Source: Fibrobacteria bacterium
GTDB lineage: Bacteria; Fibrobacterota; Fibrobacteria; UBA11236; JADFYW01
Length of the DNA stretch: 64,000 nt
NCBI GenBank assembly: GCA_050294405.1
Contig: JBNKOC010000016.1
Location: 256,001 to 320,000, forward strand
Direction of reading: 5' to 3'
Of this stretch, positions 28,029 through 39,747 are shown piece by piece (positions within the stretch are counted from its first letter, which is position 1; every line of letters starts with the position of its first letter). The notes under the pieces were generated by a model. That model saw nothing but the letters and a program-made list of their open reading frames with translations. It did no database searches and had not been told where the DNA came from. A program made the position numbers and the translations under genes.

Positions 28029-29423
28029 TTATGGGGCCTGCTGCAAAAGCTGGCCATAAACATAGTGCTTGGACTTTCCGGATTTTTTGGCCATATACAT
28101 GGCAGAGTCCGCCTTTTGCAGTAAAATATTGGCATTGTCCCCTTTAAAATAGGGGCAAATGCCAATACTGGCGCTTAGGTGCACTTCTTTTTTGTTGTGA
28201 AGCGGAATGGCCTTGGATAAGGCTTCCTGAAGCTTGTGTGCAACGATTTCCGAATAGTTTTTGTGTTGGGTGTTTTCCAAAAGGATGGTGAACTCATCTC
28301 CGGAAATTCGGGCCACGGTATCCGTTTCTCTTAAACAGTTTTTAAGCCGCTCAGAAACGGCCACCAATACCTCGTCCCCCGCAGCGTGGCCATGTTGGTC
28401 ATTAATGGCTTTGAAATCGTCCAGGTCAATAAAAAATACCGCAAAGGGCCATTCGGTGCGCCTGGCCTTGGCCAGGGATTGGCTAAGTCTATCTAAAAAT
28501 AAAATGCGATTGGGAAGTCCTGTTAAAGCGTCGTGCATGGCAATGGTTTGGTATTTGTGGGACTCCGCTTTGTATTCACTAATATCCAAAGCTAAGGCTT
28601 CCATAATCCAGTTGCCTTCCTGATCCTGGTAGCGGGTGCCCGATTCCAGAATCCAGGTTTCAGAATCCGGTTCGTCCTGAATCATCCGGTAATTTAATTT
28701 CCAGCTTTTGTTTTCTTGAATATGTTGCTGTAACTCTTCTTTATATGATTCCCAATCCTCAGGGTGGATAAACTTTTTTAAGGATTGCCAGTTTTTTCCA
28801 ATCCAATAGGCGGGTTTGGGGAAAAACTCTTTTAAGCCCGATTGCAGGGAAACAAATTTTCCATCCATATCACCTTTAACCTGATAGGCAAATCCAGGCA
28901 TGGAATCCAAAGCCTGAAGGGCGTTGGACATTTGAATGCGGGGTTTGGCCGATTGTGGGGCAAGGAGCTTTAAAACAAAATACCTTTGTTCTTTGTGGGA
29001 AAAAGGAAATAACTCTAAACCAGGACTACCCGGCAGTTCTTTGATTTTTCCACAATCAATTGGAAAACTTTCTTTTTTTAAATCAGATTTTAATTTTTTT
29101 AAAAGTACTTGAGCGCCTTTTTCCCAAATATTGTCGAGGGGTATAGGATGGGAGAGCGAATTTAATTGGGTCCACTCTAAGGCCTTATCGTTAATATCCA
29201 ATATTAAATTTTCCACGGAATCCCATAATAAATAGGCTTCGCTGGAAGAGGCCGCATAGGGCGGAAGTATAGGAAAAAAAGTGCTGATTTCGGTTATAAG
29301 GGAAGTTTTACTTTTGTTTGACTTTCCATAACCTGATTTTTTAGCAGAACACATATTAGAATATATTATTAAGTTCAGTTTGAATATATATTCTAAAAAT
29401 GGGAAAGCTAATGATTTTAACAA
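28029..29423 (-). CDS. PAS-GGDEF diguanylate cyclase; real start probably downstream
   Basis: IHPEDW PAS motif, HDALTGLPNR, DLDDFKAIND, RETD I-site, SGDEF. Confidence 0.9.
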   Translation of the reverse strand: MLKSLAFPFLEYIFKLNLIIYSNMCSAKKSGYGKSNKSKTSLITEISTFFPILPPYAASSSEAYLLWDSVENLILDINDKALEWTQLNSLSHPIPLDNIWEKGAQVLLKKLKSDLKKESFPIDCGKIKELPGSPGLELFPFSHKEQRYFVLKLLAPQSAKPRIQMSNALQALDSMPGFAYQVKGDMDGKFVSLQSGLKEFFPKPAYWIGKNWQSLKKFIHPEDWESYKEELQQHIQENKSWKLNYRMIQDEPDSETWILESGTRYQDQEGNWIMEALALDISEYKAESHKYQTIAMHDALTGLPNRILFLDRLSQSLAKARRTEWPFAVFFIDLDDFKAINDQHGHAAGDEVLVAVSERLKNCLRETDTVARISGDEFTILLENTQHKNYSEIVAHKLQEALSKAIPLHNKKEVHLSASIGICPYFKGDNANILLQKADSAMYMAKKSGKSKHYVYGQLLQQAP

Positions 29424-29532
29424 AAGTCACAAAAAATCATTCTCAATTAAAAAAATGCGAAATAAGTGGACAATAGCAGGGAATTTCCGGATATTGTTTT
29501 GAGTTTCTTAGAGTATTTGCAGGGTATGTAAC

Positions 29533-29925
29533 ATGGAAAAAATGGATAAAAGCAATGAACAGTGGCAAAAAGAATTGTCTCCTGATGTGTACAAAGTGTG
29601 CCGGTTGAGCGGCACAGAAACTCCCTTTACTGGTAAATACTACCATTGGGATAAACAAGGCGTTTTTAACTGCGCAGCCTGTCAATTACCCCTGTTTAAG
29701 TCAGCGGATAAATACGATTCTGGTTCTGGCTGGCCCAGTTTTTTTGAGACTTTAGACAGAGAACATGTGGAATTAAAAATAGATAACTCTCATAACATGG
29801 AGCGCATTGAAGTGCTTTGCGCCCGTTGCGGATCTCATCTCGGGCATTTGTTTGATGATGGTCCCAGGCCCACAGGAAAACGTTACTGTATAAACAGTCT
29901 TTCTTTGGGTTTTAAAGAAGAATAA
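29533..29925 (+). CDS. msrB: Peptide methionine-R-sulfoxide reductase
   Basis: GTETPF, SGSGWPSF, HLGHLFDDGP, RYCINS, two CxxC Zn pairs. Confidence 0.97.
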   Translation: MEKMDKSNEQWQKELSPDVYKVCRLSGTETPFTGKYYHWDKQGVFNCAACQLPLFKSADKYDSGSGWPSFFETLDREHVELKIDNSHNMERIEVLCARCGSHLGHLFDDGPRPTGKRYCINSLSLGFKEE

Positions 29926-29941
29926 ATTTTATCTAGCTATC

Positions 29942-30424
29942 ATGACCGGCCATGAATATTCTGAACTGATAACAGATTACTTGTTATATCGCTATCAAAA
30001 TAGAGAAATAGAAATTTATCGCGAAGTATTCGCTGGAAAAACCATTATTGGAAAAAACAGGCGAGTAGACATATTAATCCTTCAACCTAAAACCAATAGG
30101 GCCTTTGTGATAGAATGCAAATATCAGGGCTCCACAGGCACAGTGGATGAAAAAATCCCCTATGCCCTTCAGGACCTGGAAGCCATGCCCATGGAAGGTT
30201 GTATTGCGTACGCCGGAGAGGGGTTTTCAGATGGGGTCTTACATATGTTAAAGGCTTCGGAAAAAGCTGCTTTTTGTTTGCCGGAGGCTCCTGATTATGT
30301 TTCGGGGAAAAATACACGGGAACTGGATCATCTTTTAGCCATGCACTTTAACTGGTGGGATGTTATTGTGGGTGACAAAAAGCCCGAAGTGCTTAAAAAA
30401 TCTAATCCCAATTTGTTTTTGTGA
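29942..30424 (+). CDS. PD-(D/E)XK nuclease-superfamily protein
   Basis: RRVDILI...IECKYQ..GTVDEKIPY. Confidence 0.75.
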   Translation: MTGHEYSELITDYLLYRYQNREIEIYREVFAGKTIIGKNRRVDILILQPKTNRAFVIECKYQGSTGTVDEKIPYALQDLEAMPMEGCIAYAGEGFSDGVLHMLKASEKAAFCLPEAPDYVSGKNTRELDHLLAMHFNWWDVIVGDKKPEVLKKSNPNLFL

Positions 30425-31233
30425 AATTGTTAATTGCGAAACAAATCGCCAGGGCTGAGCCAACCCCTAATTATATTGAGAGAAAACTAAAAATTGAAGG
30501 AGCGAAGCGACGCCCGATTTTTGGAAGCTTCCTAAAAACATTCTTAATAACTTGCACTTTTTTTGGTGCAAGCCTGGCAAATCCCTTGGAAAACAACTGG
30601 GCCCATGCTTATAAAAAAGCAGCTGTATGCTCTGTAAAAATTTGGAAAAAATCTGAGCAGGAAAAGGAAAACTGGTATTTAGAAAGCCAGCAACATCTTT
30701 CAGAAAATGGACAGGTTGTATTGTACAAATCTTTTGACCCAGAGGGAAAAATAATTTTTAAAGAAAAAACCAAATACAATGCCAAGGGGGAACCGCAAAG
30801 TTCCCAAAGCAATTTTTCCAAGGATATTTATTATGAAAGCCTTCGGGATAAAAATGGTTTTTTGATTTTGCAAAAGAAGTTTAAGGATAAAAAGTTAGTA
30901 GATAGCAGTATGTTTAAGTACTCGGAAAACAGGCTTAGTGAAATTAAAAGCTGGGTGGATGGGGTATGGTACAAAAGTCTGTACCAATGGAATTCAGGAC
31001 CGTTGTTTCCCGATGTATCGAATTACCTGAACGGTGAAAATATTGGAAAAAGCAAATGGCACTGGTTGGACAAGCCTAAAAAACTGGAAAAGAAAAACCT
31101 CACAGAGCAGGATCAGCTAACAGATACGGAACTCTGGGAACTTAACAAATGGGGCTTGCCAGCATACGTAATAAAAAAAGAGCAGGGAATAATAACAGAA
31201 GAATGGAAATACGAATATGGCCTCTGCCAATAA
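30421..31233 (+). CDS. Hypothetical exported beta-rich protein
   Basis: Internal signal-like segment FLITCTFFGASLA; aromatic/Lys-rich repeats; start overlaps the previous stop codon. Confidence 0.6.
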   Translation: MKLLIAKQIARAEPTPNYIERKLKIEGAKRRPIFGSFLKTFLITCTFFGASLANPLENNWAHAYKKAAVCSVKIWKKSEQEKENWYLESQQHLSENGQVVLYKSFDPEGKIIFKEKTKYNAKGEPQSSQSNFSKDIYYESLRDKNGFLILQKKFKDKKLVDSSMFKYSENRLSEIKSWVDGVWYKSLYQWNSGPLFPDVSNYLNGENIGKSKWHWLDKPKKLEKKNLTEQDQLTDTELWELNKWGLPAYVIKKEQGIITEEWKYEYGLCQ

Positions 31234-31837
31234 GTCTGCAAACATAAAATTCGCACCGGATTATTTTGATAAAAAGTACTATCAAAAATACTATCACAAT
31301 CCTAAAACCAGGGTGAATTCTCAAAAATCTATTTTAACTTTGGGTGCCTTCGTAGCTTCCTATATAAAATTTTTAGACGGGGATATTAATAAGGTTCTTG
31401 ATTTGGGGTGCGGAGTGGGGCATTGGAAAAAAGTAACATCCCGCCAATGGAAAAAAGCAAGTTATGTGGGAGTGGAGTACAGCTCCTACTTATGTGAAAA
31501 ATATGGCTGGAAGCAAGCCTCTATTGCCGAGTTTAAATCCCGGCACAAATTTGATTTAATTATTTGCCAGGGAGTGCTTCAGTATTTGTCTGATAAAGAA
31601 GCTTCCAAGGCGCTTAAAAACATACATAGCTTGTCGAGGGCTTTTTTGTATCTGGAATGCTTAACTAAACGGGACTGGGAAAAAAACTGCGATGTAAAAC
31701 AGTCCGATGGCAAAGTTTTTTTGCGTTCTGAAAATTGGTATCGAAATCGATTAAAGAACTTTTTATCCTTAGGGGGTGGGTTGTTTGTAAACAAAAAATA
31801 TCCCTTGAACTTTTTCGATTTAGAGCGTCCGGGATAA
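31217..31837 (+). CDS. Class I SAM-dependent methyltransferase
   Basis: VLDLGCGVG and FDLIICQGVLQYL. Confidence 0.85.
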   Translation: MASANKSANIKFAPDYFDKKYYQKYYHNPKTRVNSQKSILTLGAFVASYIKFLDGDINKVLDLGCGVGHWKKVTSRQWKKASYVGVEYSSYLCEKYGWKQASIAEFKSRHKFDLIICQGVLQYLSDKEASKALKNIHSLSRAFLYLECLTKRDWEKNCDVKQSDGKVFLRSENWYRNRLKNFLSLGGGLFVNKKYPLNFFDLERPG

Positions 31838-31904
31838 AAATTGATTTTGCATAAGAAAGCCGCTTTTTCCGTAACAATTTCTTTTAAATCCCTACGAAAA
31901 TTAT

Positions 31905-32777
31905 ATGCGGGTTTGGCTTTGCACTTATAAAATAGCCTGGATTTGGACTTTTTTCCCCTGTTTATTGTTTGGGGAGAAAAGAGATGTAAACTGGGCGTTG
32001 GGGTACTACGGGGGTTTTCACTATTGGGAAGGCCAAGGAATTGAGGAGTGGAAATCAAAAGGAGTCTTTCCTCTGGCCAGAAAGACCCACTCCAATTTTT
32101 ATTTTCAGTTGGGAACCTCCCTATCCAGATACCATGTATATATGTCTTTGCCCTATTTTTACAATTACCTGCATTCTTACAACTATGGACCAGAAGAAAA
32201 AGCCTGGCCTGCTCAATCCAGTCAGGGCTTGGGAGATTTTCAACTAGGCATAAGGGGATTGTTTCGAACGGTGGAAATGGCTTTTATTGTTCCGAGTTTT
32301 TATTCCCCCCATAAAAACTCGGAATTTCCCCAATCCGATTCCGTGGAAAATTTTAATCTGGAACCCTGGAGCGGTCTGGGGATGTTTAGAATAAATGGGC
32401 GTATATACAAGTCATTTAATTCTAATTATGTATATGGGAATTTGAATATTTCCCTTTTTAAAATTAAAAAATCCGCCCCTATCTCAACGGGAGACAGTAA
32501 AATTGAGCTGGGATGGATTCGAACATTAAATTCAAAAAAAAATATTGCCAAACTTGGAATCAAAGGAGGCCATTCCCGGTTCCATTGGTATGGGGCTCAA
32601 AATTCTCCCAGGGTAGAGATGGAATTAGTGCCCGTATTGATAGCCGGTAAAAAAATAAATGAGAGCAGCCAAATAAATATTTCCCTTGGTTTTACTCTTC
32701 GTCGCTGGGTTATTGATCCTGTAAATCCAGGCCGTGGCTCAAAAAGTATCACTGTAAATATATCTTTTTTAAGGTAA
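31905..32777 (+). CDS. Hypothetical exported or outer-membrane protein
   Basis: Signal-like N-terminus, GLGDFQLG, beta-strand pattern. Confidence 0.55.
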   Translation: MRVWLCTYKIAWIWTFFPCLLFGEKRDVNWALGYYGGFHYWEGQGIEEWKSKGVFPLARKTHSNFYFQLGTSLSRYHVYMSLPYFYNYLHSYNYGPEEKAWPAQSSQGLGDFQLGIRGLFRTVEMAFIVPSFYSPHKNSEFPQSDSVENFNLEPWSGLGMFRINGRIYKSFNSNYVYGNLNISLFKIKKSAPISTGDSKIELGWIRTLNSKKNIAKLGIKGGHSRFHWYGAQNSPRVEMELVPVLIAGKKINESSQINISLGFTLRRWVIDPVNPGRGSKSITVNISFLR

Positions 32778-32905
32778 TAAATTTAAACTCACCAGTAGTT
32801 GTTACAGTCCAACCTTATGCTGGTTATTCAATTGTATTTCAATTGATCTTAGGACTTCACAATTATAGTTTAATAACAAATACAAAATGCTTTTAGGAGG
32901 TCTTT

Positions 32906-33868
32906 ATGGCGGCATCTGTTCTAGAACAATTAAAATCTATGACCGTGGTGGTTGCCGACACAGGTGATTTTAATTCCATTCAAAAATACGAACCCAGAGA
33001 CTCCACAACTAATCCATCCCTTATATATTCGGCCATACAGCAGCCAGAGTACCAGCCTTTACTGGAAGATGCGCTGGAAGACGCGAAAAAATCTGAAAAG
33101 GAACGGCACAAACAATTAAAGCATTTTCTGGATAAGCTGGCGGTAAATTTTGGTCTGGAAATTTTAAAAATCATTCCCGGGCGTGTTTCCACCGAAGTGG
33201 ATGCCCGTCTGTCGTTTGACAAAGATGCGACTACTGAAAAGGCCCGAAAGCTTATTTCCATGTATCAGGATGCAGGTATCGATTCCAATCGTATTTTGAT
33301 TAAAATCGCAGCCACTTGGGAGGGCATAGAAGCAGCTGCTCAGCTTGAAAAAGAAGGCATACATTGCAATTTAACGCTTTTGTTTGGTATGGCCCAGGCT
33401 GCCGCCTGCGCCGAAGCGGGCGTTACCCTGATATCTCCTTTTGTAGGAAGAATTTTAGATTGGCATAAAAAAGATCAAGGTGTCGACTACATTTCAGCCA
33501 TTGAAGATCCGGGCGTAATATCCGTGAAACACATATATCAGTACTACAAAAAGTTTGGTTACAAAACCGAAGTTATGGGCGCCAGCTTTCGCAATGTGGG
33601 TGAAATTATGGAATTGGCGGGTTGCGATTTGCTCACCATTGCCCCGAAGCTTTTGGAAGAGTTGGACGGCATGCAGCAGGATTTACCCCGGGTACTTACA
33701 ACGGATATGGGAGAAGATATCCCCCTCACCAAACTCAAACTCAAAGAAAAAGATTGGAGATGGCTGGTGAACCAAGACGCCTGCGTTTGCGACTTGTTAA
33801 GCGATGGAATACGCCGTTTTAGCGCCGATTTGGCTAAATTAGAACGCAATATTTCCGATAAATTATAA
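32906..33868 (+). CDS. tal: Transaldolase
   Basis: VVADTGD, DSTTNPSL, GRVSTEVDARLS, ILIKIAATWEG, ISPFVGRILDW. Confidence 0.98.
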   Translation: MAASVLEQLKSMTVVVADTGDFNSIQKYEPRDSTTNPSLIYSAIQQPEYQPLLEDALEDAKKSEKERHKQLKHFLDKLAVNFGLEILKIIPGRVSTEVDARLSFDKDATTEKARKLISMYQDAGIDSNRILIKIAATWEGIEAAAQLEKEGIHCNLTLLFGMAQAAACAEAGVTLISPFVGRILDWHKKDQGVDYISAIEDPGVISVKHIYQYYKKFGYKTEVMGASFRNVGEIMELAGCDLLTIAPKLLEELDGMQQDLPRVLTTDMGEDIPLTKLKLKEKDWRWLVNQDACVCDLLSDGIRRFSADLAKLERNISDKL

Positions 33869-33879
33869 TTGGTTATACT

Positions 33880-33904
33880 AAACTGCACATTTGTGCAGTT
33901 TTTT
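33880..33904 (+). terminator. Intrinsic terminator after tal
   Basis: AAACTGCAC-ATTT-GTGCAGTTT followed by a T-tract. Confidence 0.75.
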
Positions 33905-33942
33905 AGTGAATTGTCTCTTCAAAAGCATTATTTTGTTTCCTT

Positions 33943-36900
33943 ATGGGAACAGAAATCGAAATCGTTAATGCCAAAGAGCATAATCTTCAAAATATAACTA
34001 CTAAAATTCCTCGCGATAGCCTCGTTGTGGTAACCGGGGTGAGCGGCAGCGGGAAGAGCTCTCTTGCCTTCGACACCCTTTTTCAAGAGGGACAGCGTAA
34101 ATATATAGAATCCCTCTCTTCTTATGCCCGCCAGTTTATCGGGCAAATGAAGGCTCCTGAGGTGGAACATATATCGGGAATTTCTCCCACCATTTCCATC
34201 GATCAAAAAACAGTGAACCGAAATCCCAGAAGCACTGTGGGAACGGTAACCGGTGTTTACGATTTTTTCCGCTTACTGTTCGCCCGCTTGGGCACTCCCC
34301 ATTGCCCGGATTGCGGCGATGTAATTAAATCCCAAACTGTGGATCAAATTGCCTCGCAATTGGAATACAATTACCCTGGGGAAAAGCTTATGGTTATGGC
34401 TCCCATAGTGATAGATAGAAAAGGGGAGTACCGCAAAGAGCTTGACAGCTTACGGAGTAGCGGTTTTTTACGAGCCCGCATTGATGGAGAAATCCGGTTG
34501 CTGGAAGATAACATCCAGTTAAAACGCTATGAAAAACACACTATTGAGGCCATTATAGACCGGCTTCAGGTGGAACCTAAATACATGCCCAGAATCCGGG
34601 AAGGAATTGAAAAGGCCGTCGAGTTGGCGGATGGCATGGTCTCTTTTTTAATAGTTCGGGACGAAGGGGAAAAAGGCGAGTTGAAATTAAAAAAGAAAAG
34701 CGGTGAAAAGGGCAATAAGCATTTGGTTCAAAGCACAGAACTTGCCTGCGCAAAATGCGGCATTTCGCTTCCAGAAATCGAGCCCCGTTTTTTTTCTTTT
34801 AATTCGGTGCAGGGGGCTTGTCCTGAATGTGAGGGTTTGGGTTACAAGCAGGATTTTGATCCAGATTTGGTTATCCCCGACCCGGACCTGTCTATTTCCG
34901 AAGGCGCGATAAAATCAATGACGGACAATGGCAACATTGTTTTCTCCCATTACGGGATTCAGGAAATTGAAATTTTAGCCAAAAAATATGGTTTTAGTCT
35001 CAACAAACCCTGGAAGTCCCTATCTAAAAAGGCCCAAAACATTGTTTTATGGGGTTCCGATGAAAGCCTGCAATTCAAGTTAGTGAGAGATAGAAAATAC
35101 CGGAAAAGCGTAACATCCGAAAACCGGCCTATAAGAGGAGTTATTGAGGTTATGCAAAGGGTTTACGATCGCTGGCGCATTCCCATGATGGAAAAATATA
35201 TGCGTAGAAGCGTTTGTAAAAGTTGCGAAGGCAAGCGCTTGAGTCGCGAAAGCCTTGCTGTGACTTTCAGAGACAAAAATATTGTGGAATACAACAACAT
35301 GTCCATTAGCCAGGCGCATAGCTTGTTTTCCCAATTGAAACTAAGTGAATACGAACATAAAGTGGGTCGGGAAATATTTAAGGAAATTAAAAATCGCCTT
35401 GGCTTTTTAAACGATGTAGGGCTGGGGTATTTGTCCATGAACCGTTCAGCAGTGACTCTTTCCGGAGGGGAAGGACAGCGAATCCGGCTGGCCTCCCAAG
35501 TAGGCGCGGGTTTGCAGGGTGTAATGTATGTTCTGGATGAACCTTCAATTGGACTGCATCCAAGGGATAATAAACAACTTCTAAAAACGCTTTTTCATTT
35601 GAGGGACTTGGGCAATTCCCTTATTGTGGTGGAACACGATGAAGAAACCATGCGCAGTGCCGATCATGTATTGGATATTGGCCCTGGAGCCGGTGTAGAA
35701 GGCGGCAAAATAGTAGGGGAGGGCAGTTTTTCCCAAATTAAAAAAAATAAAGACTCCCTAACCGCAGGTTACTTAAATGGACGCCTTAAAATTGAAATTC
35801 CTTCTAAAAGAAGAAAACCCGGTAAACAGTGGCTCCAGCTCAAAGGCGCTTCGGAAAATAATTTAAAAAATATTCAAGTCAAATTTCCCCTTGGAGTCTT
35901 TGTTGGTGTAACGGGGGTGAGCGGTTCGGGGAAGAGCACCTTAATTAATGCCATATTAAAAAAGGTTATTGCCAGGGAGTTATATGGAAATGGCGAAGAG
36001 CCCGGGAAATTTAAGAGTCTGGAGGGCTTGGAGCACATCGACAGGATGGTGGAAATAGACCAAACTCCCATCGGCAGAACTCCTCGATCCAACCCCGTAA
36101 CATACACCAAGGTGTTTGACCATATTCGGGATTTGTTCGCCGGCTTGCCCGAATCCAAAATCAGAGGTTATAAAAAAGGCCGCTTTTCTTTTAATGTAGC
36201 CGGGGGACGCTGTGAACATTGCGGAGGAGCGGGCGTTAGAGAAATCGAAATGCAGTTATTGGCTAATGTATCTGTTCCATGTGAAGAATGTAACGGGAAA
36301 AGATTTAACGATGCCACTTTGGAAGTCCATTATAAAGGGCTTAATATTTATGATGTATTAGAACTTTCCATATCTGAGGCCTGTAAATTCTTTTCAGCTC
36401 AGCCTAAAATAATGCGTGGGCTGGACATGATGGATAAAATTGGTTTGGGATATATAAAGCTCGGCCAACCTTCCACCACCTTATCCGGTGGAGAGGCCCA
36501 ACGGGTAAAGCTCTCTTCTGAATTGCAAAAACCCGGAACGGGAAAAACCTTATATCTGTTGGATGAACCTACCACAGGGCTTCATTTTGCCGATATCGCC
36601 AAGTTGTTAGAGTCCCTCCAGTCTTTGGTAGATAAAGGCAATACAGTCATTGTTATTGAACACAACCTGGATGTAATTAAAACCGTGGACTACATTTTAG
36701 ACCTGGGTCCAGAGGGTGGGGATGAAGGAGGCCAAATTGTAGCCAAAGGCACTCCGGAGGAGGTCGCTAAAATTAGCAAGTCCCACACTGGAAAAGCCTT
36801 AAAAGCGGTGTTGGACAATAAACCCCAGGGCAGGCCCTCCAAAATAAAGGGAATAGGCCAGCAACACAGAAACATCGTGGTAAAAGGAGGTTATAAACAT

Positions 36901-39714
36901 AACCTTAAAAACATAGATGTGGAGATACCCAAAAATAAATTAACAGTGGTGACCGGGGTTTCAGGCAGTGGAAAATCCTCCCTTGCCTTCAGTACCTTAT
37001 TTGCCGAAGGCCAAAGGCGCTTTATTGAATCTTTGTCCACTTACGCCCGCAGGTTTGTCGGGCAATTGGATAAGGGGGATGTGGAGTCTATCGAGGGGCT
37101 TGCCCCAGCCATTGCCATCGATCAGAAGTCTGCCGGTAGAAGTTCCAAGTCCACTGTGGCCACCATTACCGAAATTTATGACTACTTCCGGCTTTTATAC
37201 GCCCGCCTGGGGGAAATACATTGTCCCCACTGTTCCAAAAAACTGGATTTCTATTCTTTGCAAACTATTGTAAAAAGTTGTTTTGAAAAATACGCTTCTG
37301 AAAACCTTCGCATATTGGCACCCCTGTATTTGAAAAATGTGGATCACGATTTTTATCTCGATACACCCGGACATCTAACTGGAGCAGCCTCTCAATTGGG
37401 AGAACAGGGTTTTCGCCGATATTATCTGGATGGCAAGTTTGTGGAGCAGGAGGAGCTTCCCAAAAACATAAAAGCCAATTCCATTAGCTTGTATATAGAT
37501 TCCTTGAATCTCAAAGAATCCAATCGAGGGAGATTTACGGAAGGAATCGAAGCTGCTTTGGACAAGGGACATGGCATATGCGTTCTACAAACATCCGATG
37601 GAAAAGAAGAGTTTTTTGGAGTTAAGCCTTTTTGCTCCGAGGGTCATTATTTCATGCGGGATGCCATTGAGCCCCGTAACTTTTCTTTTAATTCCCATTG
37701 GGGCGCCTGCGCAAAATGCCAGGGGCTGGGAAATGTGCAACAAATAAGCCCCAGAGCCTTAATTTCCAATGCCAGTGCCCCATTGTTGTCTGGTGGAATA
37801 ACATCGCCGCTCAATCGGAAATTTAAAAGACGCACAGGATATTACCATACTTTATTAAAAAACCAACTCGCCGATTGGGGTTATGACGCCAAGGCCTCAT
37901 TTTCTGATTTGTCAAAACAACATCAGAAGGATTTTATTTACGGTTCTTTAGAAACCTTGAATATAAAACGAAGAACCCGAAGAGCAAGTCATGAATATTC
38001 TGCCCAATGGAAGGGACTTTTATTTTTGGCGGAAAAATGGTTTGCTTCCCATCATACGTTAACCTGGCTTGTGGGTCGGGCTAGGTTGGTGGAAGACGCT
38101 CTGTGCCCAGAATGTCATGGTTCGAGGCTGATGAAGCCGTTTAGCGAAGTCAGCTTTCATCAAAAGACCATTGGGGAAATAAGTAATATGACTGTAGCCT
38201 CCTGCGTTCATTTTTTTAATAACCTTAAGTTAAGCGCCTATGAAAAACTAATTGGAGAACAGATTCTTAGAGAAATTACGGGCCGTCTAAATTTTTTGGA
38301 CTCGGTTGGTCTTGGATATTTAGGCCTTCACCGCACGGGCAGTTCGCTTTCCGGCGGGGAAGCTCAACGTATCCGCCTGGCCAGCCAAATTGGATCTGGG
38401 TTGGAAGGCGTTTTATATGTGCTAGATGAACCTACAGTAGGCCTGCATCAAAGGGATACCGCGCAATTAGTACATACATTAAAAAAACTCAGGGATTTGG
38501 GTAATACAGTTGTGGTGGTTGAGCACGATCCAGAAATGATTCAAAGTGCGGACTGGATTGTGGACATGGGGCCTGAGGCAGGTGAATTTGGAGGAGAGGT
38601 CATTGCCACAGGGACACCTAAGCAAATCAAAAAAATGCCCCTCAGTAAAACAGGAAAATACCTTTCAAAATTTATTGAGGTGGGGAAGCCTCCAGAAAAT
38701 ATTAAGGAGGCCACAAAGTTTATTGAAATTGAAGCGGCCCAAATTCACAATTTGAAAAGTATATCCACAAAAATTCCTTTGAATATGTTAACTGTTTTTT
38801 GCGGAGTCTCCGGATCCGGAAAAAGCAGTTTGGTGATGGATGTTTTGGCTAAAAACGTAGAAAAGGCCTTAGCTAAAAAAACTTCCCAGCCGGAAAATTG
38901 CGGAAAATTTAAAATGCCTTCCGAAATTAAAAACCTCATATTAGTGGATCAAAGCCCACTGGGTAGCAATCCCAGATCGAATCCAATCACTTATGGCAAA
39001 GCTTTTGATAAAATCCGTGAAATATTTGCAAAAGTTCCCGAAGCAAAGGTCAAGGGTTTTACCCGCACCCGTTTTTCCATTAACATGGGTGTGGGGCGTT
39101 GCTCCAGTTGTGAGGGCATGGGAAAAATTAAGTTGGAGATGCATTTTTTATCGGATGTTTGGGTGACCTGTGACAGTTGCAAAGGCAAACGCTACAATGA
39201 AGACACTCTGGAAATAAAGTTTAAAGGAAAGTCCATTTCCGATATATTAGAGATGAGAGTCAGTGAAGCCGTGGGTTTTTTCAGTTTTCAAAACAGCATC
39301 GCAAAATACTTAAAAACTTTAGAAGATGTGGGACTGGGTTATTTGAAATTAGGGCAATCTGCAAATACCCTTTCAGGAGGAGAAGCTCAAAGAATAAAAC
39401 TAGCCGCCGAGCTAGCCAAATCTTCCAGGGGACATAATCTATATATTTTAGATGAACCCACCACCGGTCTCCATATGGCTGATATTTCCATGTTGCTTTC
39501 TGTAATGCAACGGTTGGTGGAACAGGGCCACACAATGGTTGTCATTGAGCATCAAATGGATGTTATTAAAAATGCCCATTGGCTTGTTGAGCTTGGTCCG
39601 GATGGCGGAGAAAAAGGGGGGAATATTATTTATGAGGGAAGGGCTTCTTCTTTGGCAGAGCAGAGCACTCCTACTGCTAAAGCCCTTGTTGCCCCAAAGT
39701 TGCAAAAAATTTAA
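33943..39714 (+). CDS. uvrA: Excinuclease ABC subunit A, tandem fused double-length form (1923 aa)
   Basis: Four GVSGSGKS Walker A motifs, four LSGGE signatures, duplicated ESLS(S/T)YAR motifs and zinc fingers. Confidence 0.97.
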   Translation: MGTEIEIVNAKEHNLQNITTKIPRDSLVVVTGVSGSGKSSLAFDTLFQEGQRKYIESLSSYARQFIGQMKAPEVEHISGISPTISIDQKTVNRNPRSTVGTVTGVYDFFRLLFARLGTPHCPDCGDVIKSQTVDQIASQLEYNYPGEKLMVMAPIVIDRKGEYRKELDSLRSSGFLRARIDGEIRLLEDNIQLKRYEKHTIEAIIDRLQVEPKYMPRIREGIEKAVELADGMVSFLIVRDEGEKGELKLKKKSGEKGNKHLVQSTELACAKCGISLPEIEPRFFSFNSVQGACPECEGLGYKQDFDPDLVIPDPDLSISEGAIKSMTDNGNIVFSHYGIQEIEILAKKYGFSLNKPWKSLSKKAQNIVLWGSDESLQFKLVRDRKYRKSVTSENRPIRGVIEVMQRVYDRWRIPMMEKYMRRSVCKSCEGKRLSRESLAVTFRDKNIVEYNNMSISQAHSLFSQLKLSEYEHKVGREIFKEIKNRLGFLNDVGLGYLSMNRSAVTLSGGEGQRIRLASQVGAGLQGVMYVLDEPSIGLHPRDNKQLLKTLFHLRDLGNSLIVVEHDEETMRSADHVLDIGPGAGVEGGKIVGEGSFSQIKKNKDSLTAGYLNGRLKIEIPSKRRKPGKQWLQLKGASENNLKNIQVKFPLGVFVGVTGVSGSGKSTLINAILKKVIARELYGNGEEPGKFKSLEGLEHIDRMVEIDQTPIGRTPRSNPVTYTKVFDHIRDLFAGLPESKIRGYKKGRFSFNVAGGRCEHCGGAGVREIEMQLLANVSVPCEECNGKRFNDATLEVHYKGLNIYDVLELSISEACKFFSAQPKIMRGLDMMDKIGLGYIKLGQPSTTLSGGEAQRVKLSSELQKPGTGKTLYLLDEPTTGLHFADIAKLLESLQSLVDKGNTVIVIEHNLDVIKTVDYILDLGPEGGDEGGQIVAKGTPEEVAKISKSHTGKALKAVLDNKPQGRPSKIKGIGQQHRNIVVKGGYKHNLKNIDVEIPKNKLTVVTGVSGSGKSSLAFSTLFAEGQRRFIESLSTYARRFVGQLDKGDVESIEGLAPAIAIDQKSAGRSSKSTVATITEIYDYFRLLYARLGEIHCPHCSKKLDFYSLQTIVKSCFEKYASENLRILAPLYLKNVDHDFYLDTPGHLTGAASQLGEQGFRRYYLDGKFVEQEELPKNIKANSISLYIDSLNLKESNRGRFTEGIEAALDKGHGICVLQTSDGKEEFFGVKPFCSEGHYFMRDAIEPRNFSFNSHWGACAKCQGLGNVQQISPRALISNASAPLLSGGITSPLNRKFKRRTGYYHTLLKNQLADWGYDAKASFSDLSKQHQKDFIYGSLETLNIKRRTRRASHEYSAQWKGLLFLAEKWFASHHTLTWLVGRARLVEDALCPECHGSRLMKPFSEVSFHQKTIGEISNMTVASCVHFFNNLKLSAYEKLIGEQILREITGRLNFLDSVGLGYLGLHRTGSSLSGGEAQRIRLASQIGSGLEGVLYVLDEPTVGLHQRDTAQLVHTLKKLRDLGNTVVVVEHDPEMIQSADWIVDMGPEAGEFGGEVIATGTPKQIKKMPLSKTGKYLSKFIEVGKPPENIKEATKFIEIEAAQIHNLKSISTKIPLNMLTVFCGVSGSGKSSLVMDVLAKNVEKALAKKTSQPENCGKFKMPSEIKNLILVDQSPLGSNPRSNPITYGKAFDKIREIFAKVPEAKVKGFTRTRFSINMGVGRCSSCEGMGKIKLEMHFLSDVWVTCDSCKGKRYNEDTLEIKFKGKSISDILEMRVSEAVGFFSFQNSIAKYLKTLEDVGLGYLKLGQSANTLSGGEAQRIKLAAELAKSSRGHNLYILDEPTTGLHMADISMLLSVMQRLVEQGHTMVVIEHQMDVIKNAHWLVELGPDGGEKGGNIIYEGRASSLAEQSTPTAKALVAPKLQKI

Positions 39715-39746
39715 GAGGGAAGGTGATATTTTGCCTTCCCCTTTAA
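39714..39746. terminator. Hairpin terminator between convergent uvrA and the lyase gene
   Basis: AGAGGGAAGGT...GCCTTCCCCTT inverted repeat. Confidence 0.55.
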
Positions 39747-39747
39747 A

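Noticed and set aside
29942..31837. Restriction-modification pair (nuclease plus the 31217 methyltransferase)
   Set aside because: The methyltransferase lacks DPPY/NPPY or PC catalytic motifs and looks like a small-molecule class I enzyme.
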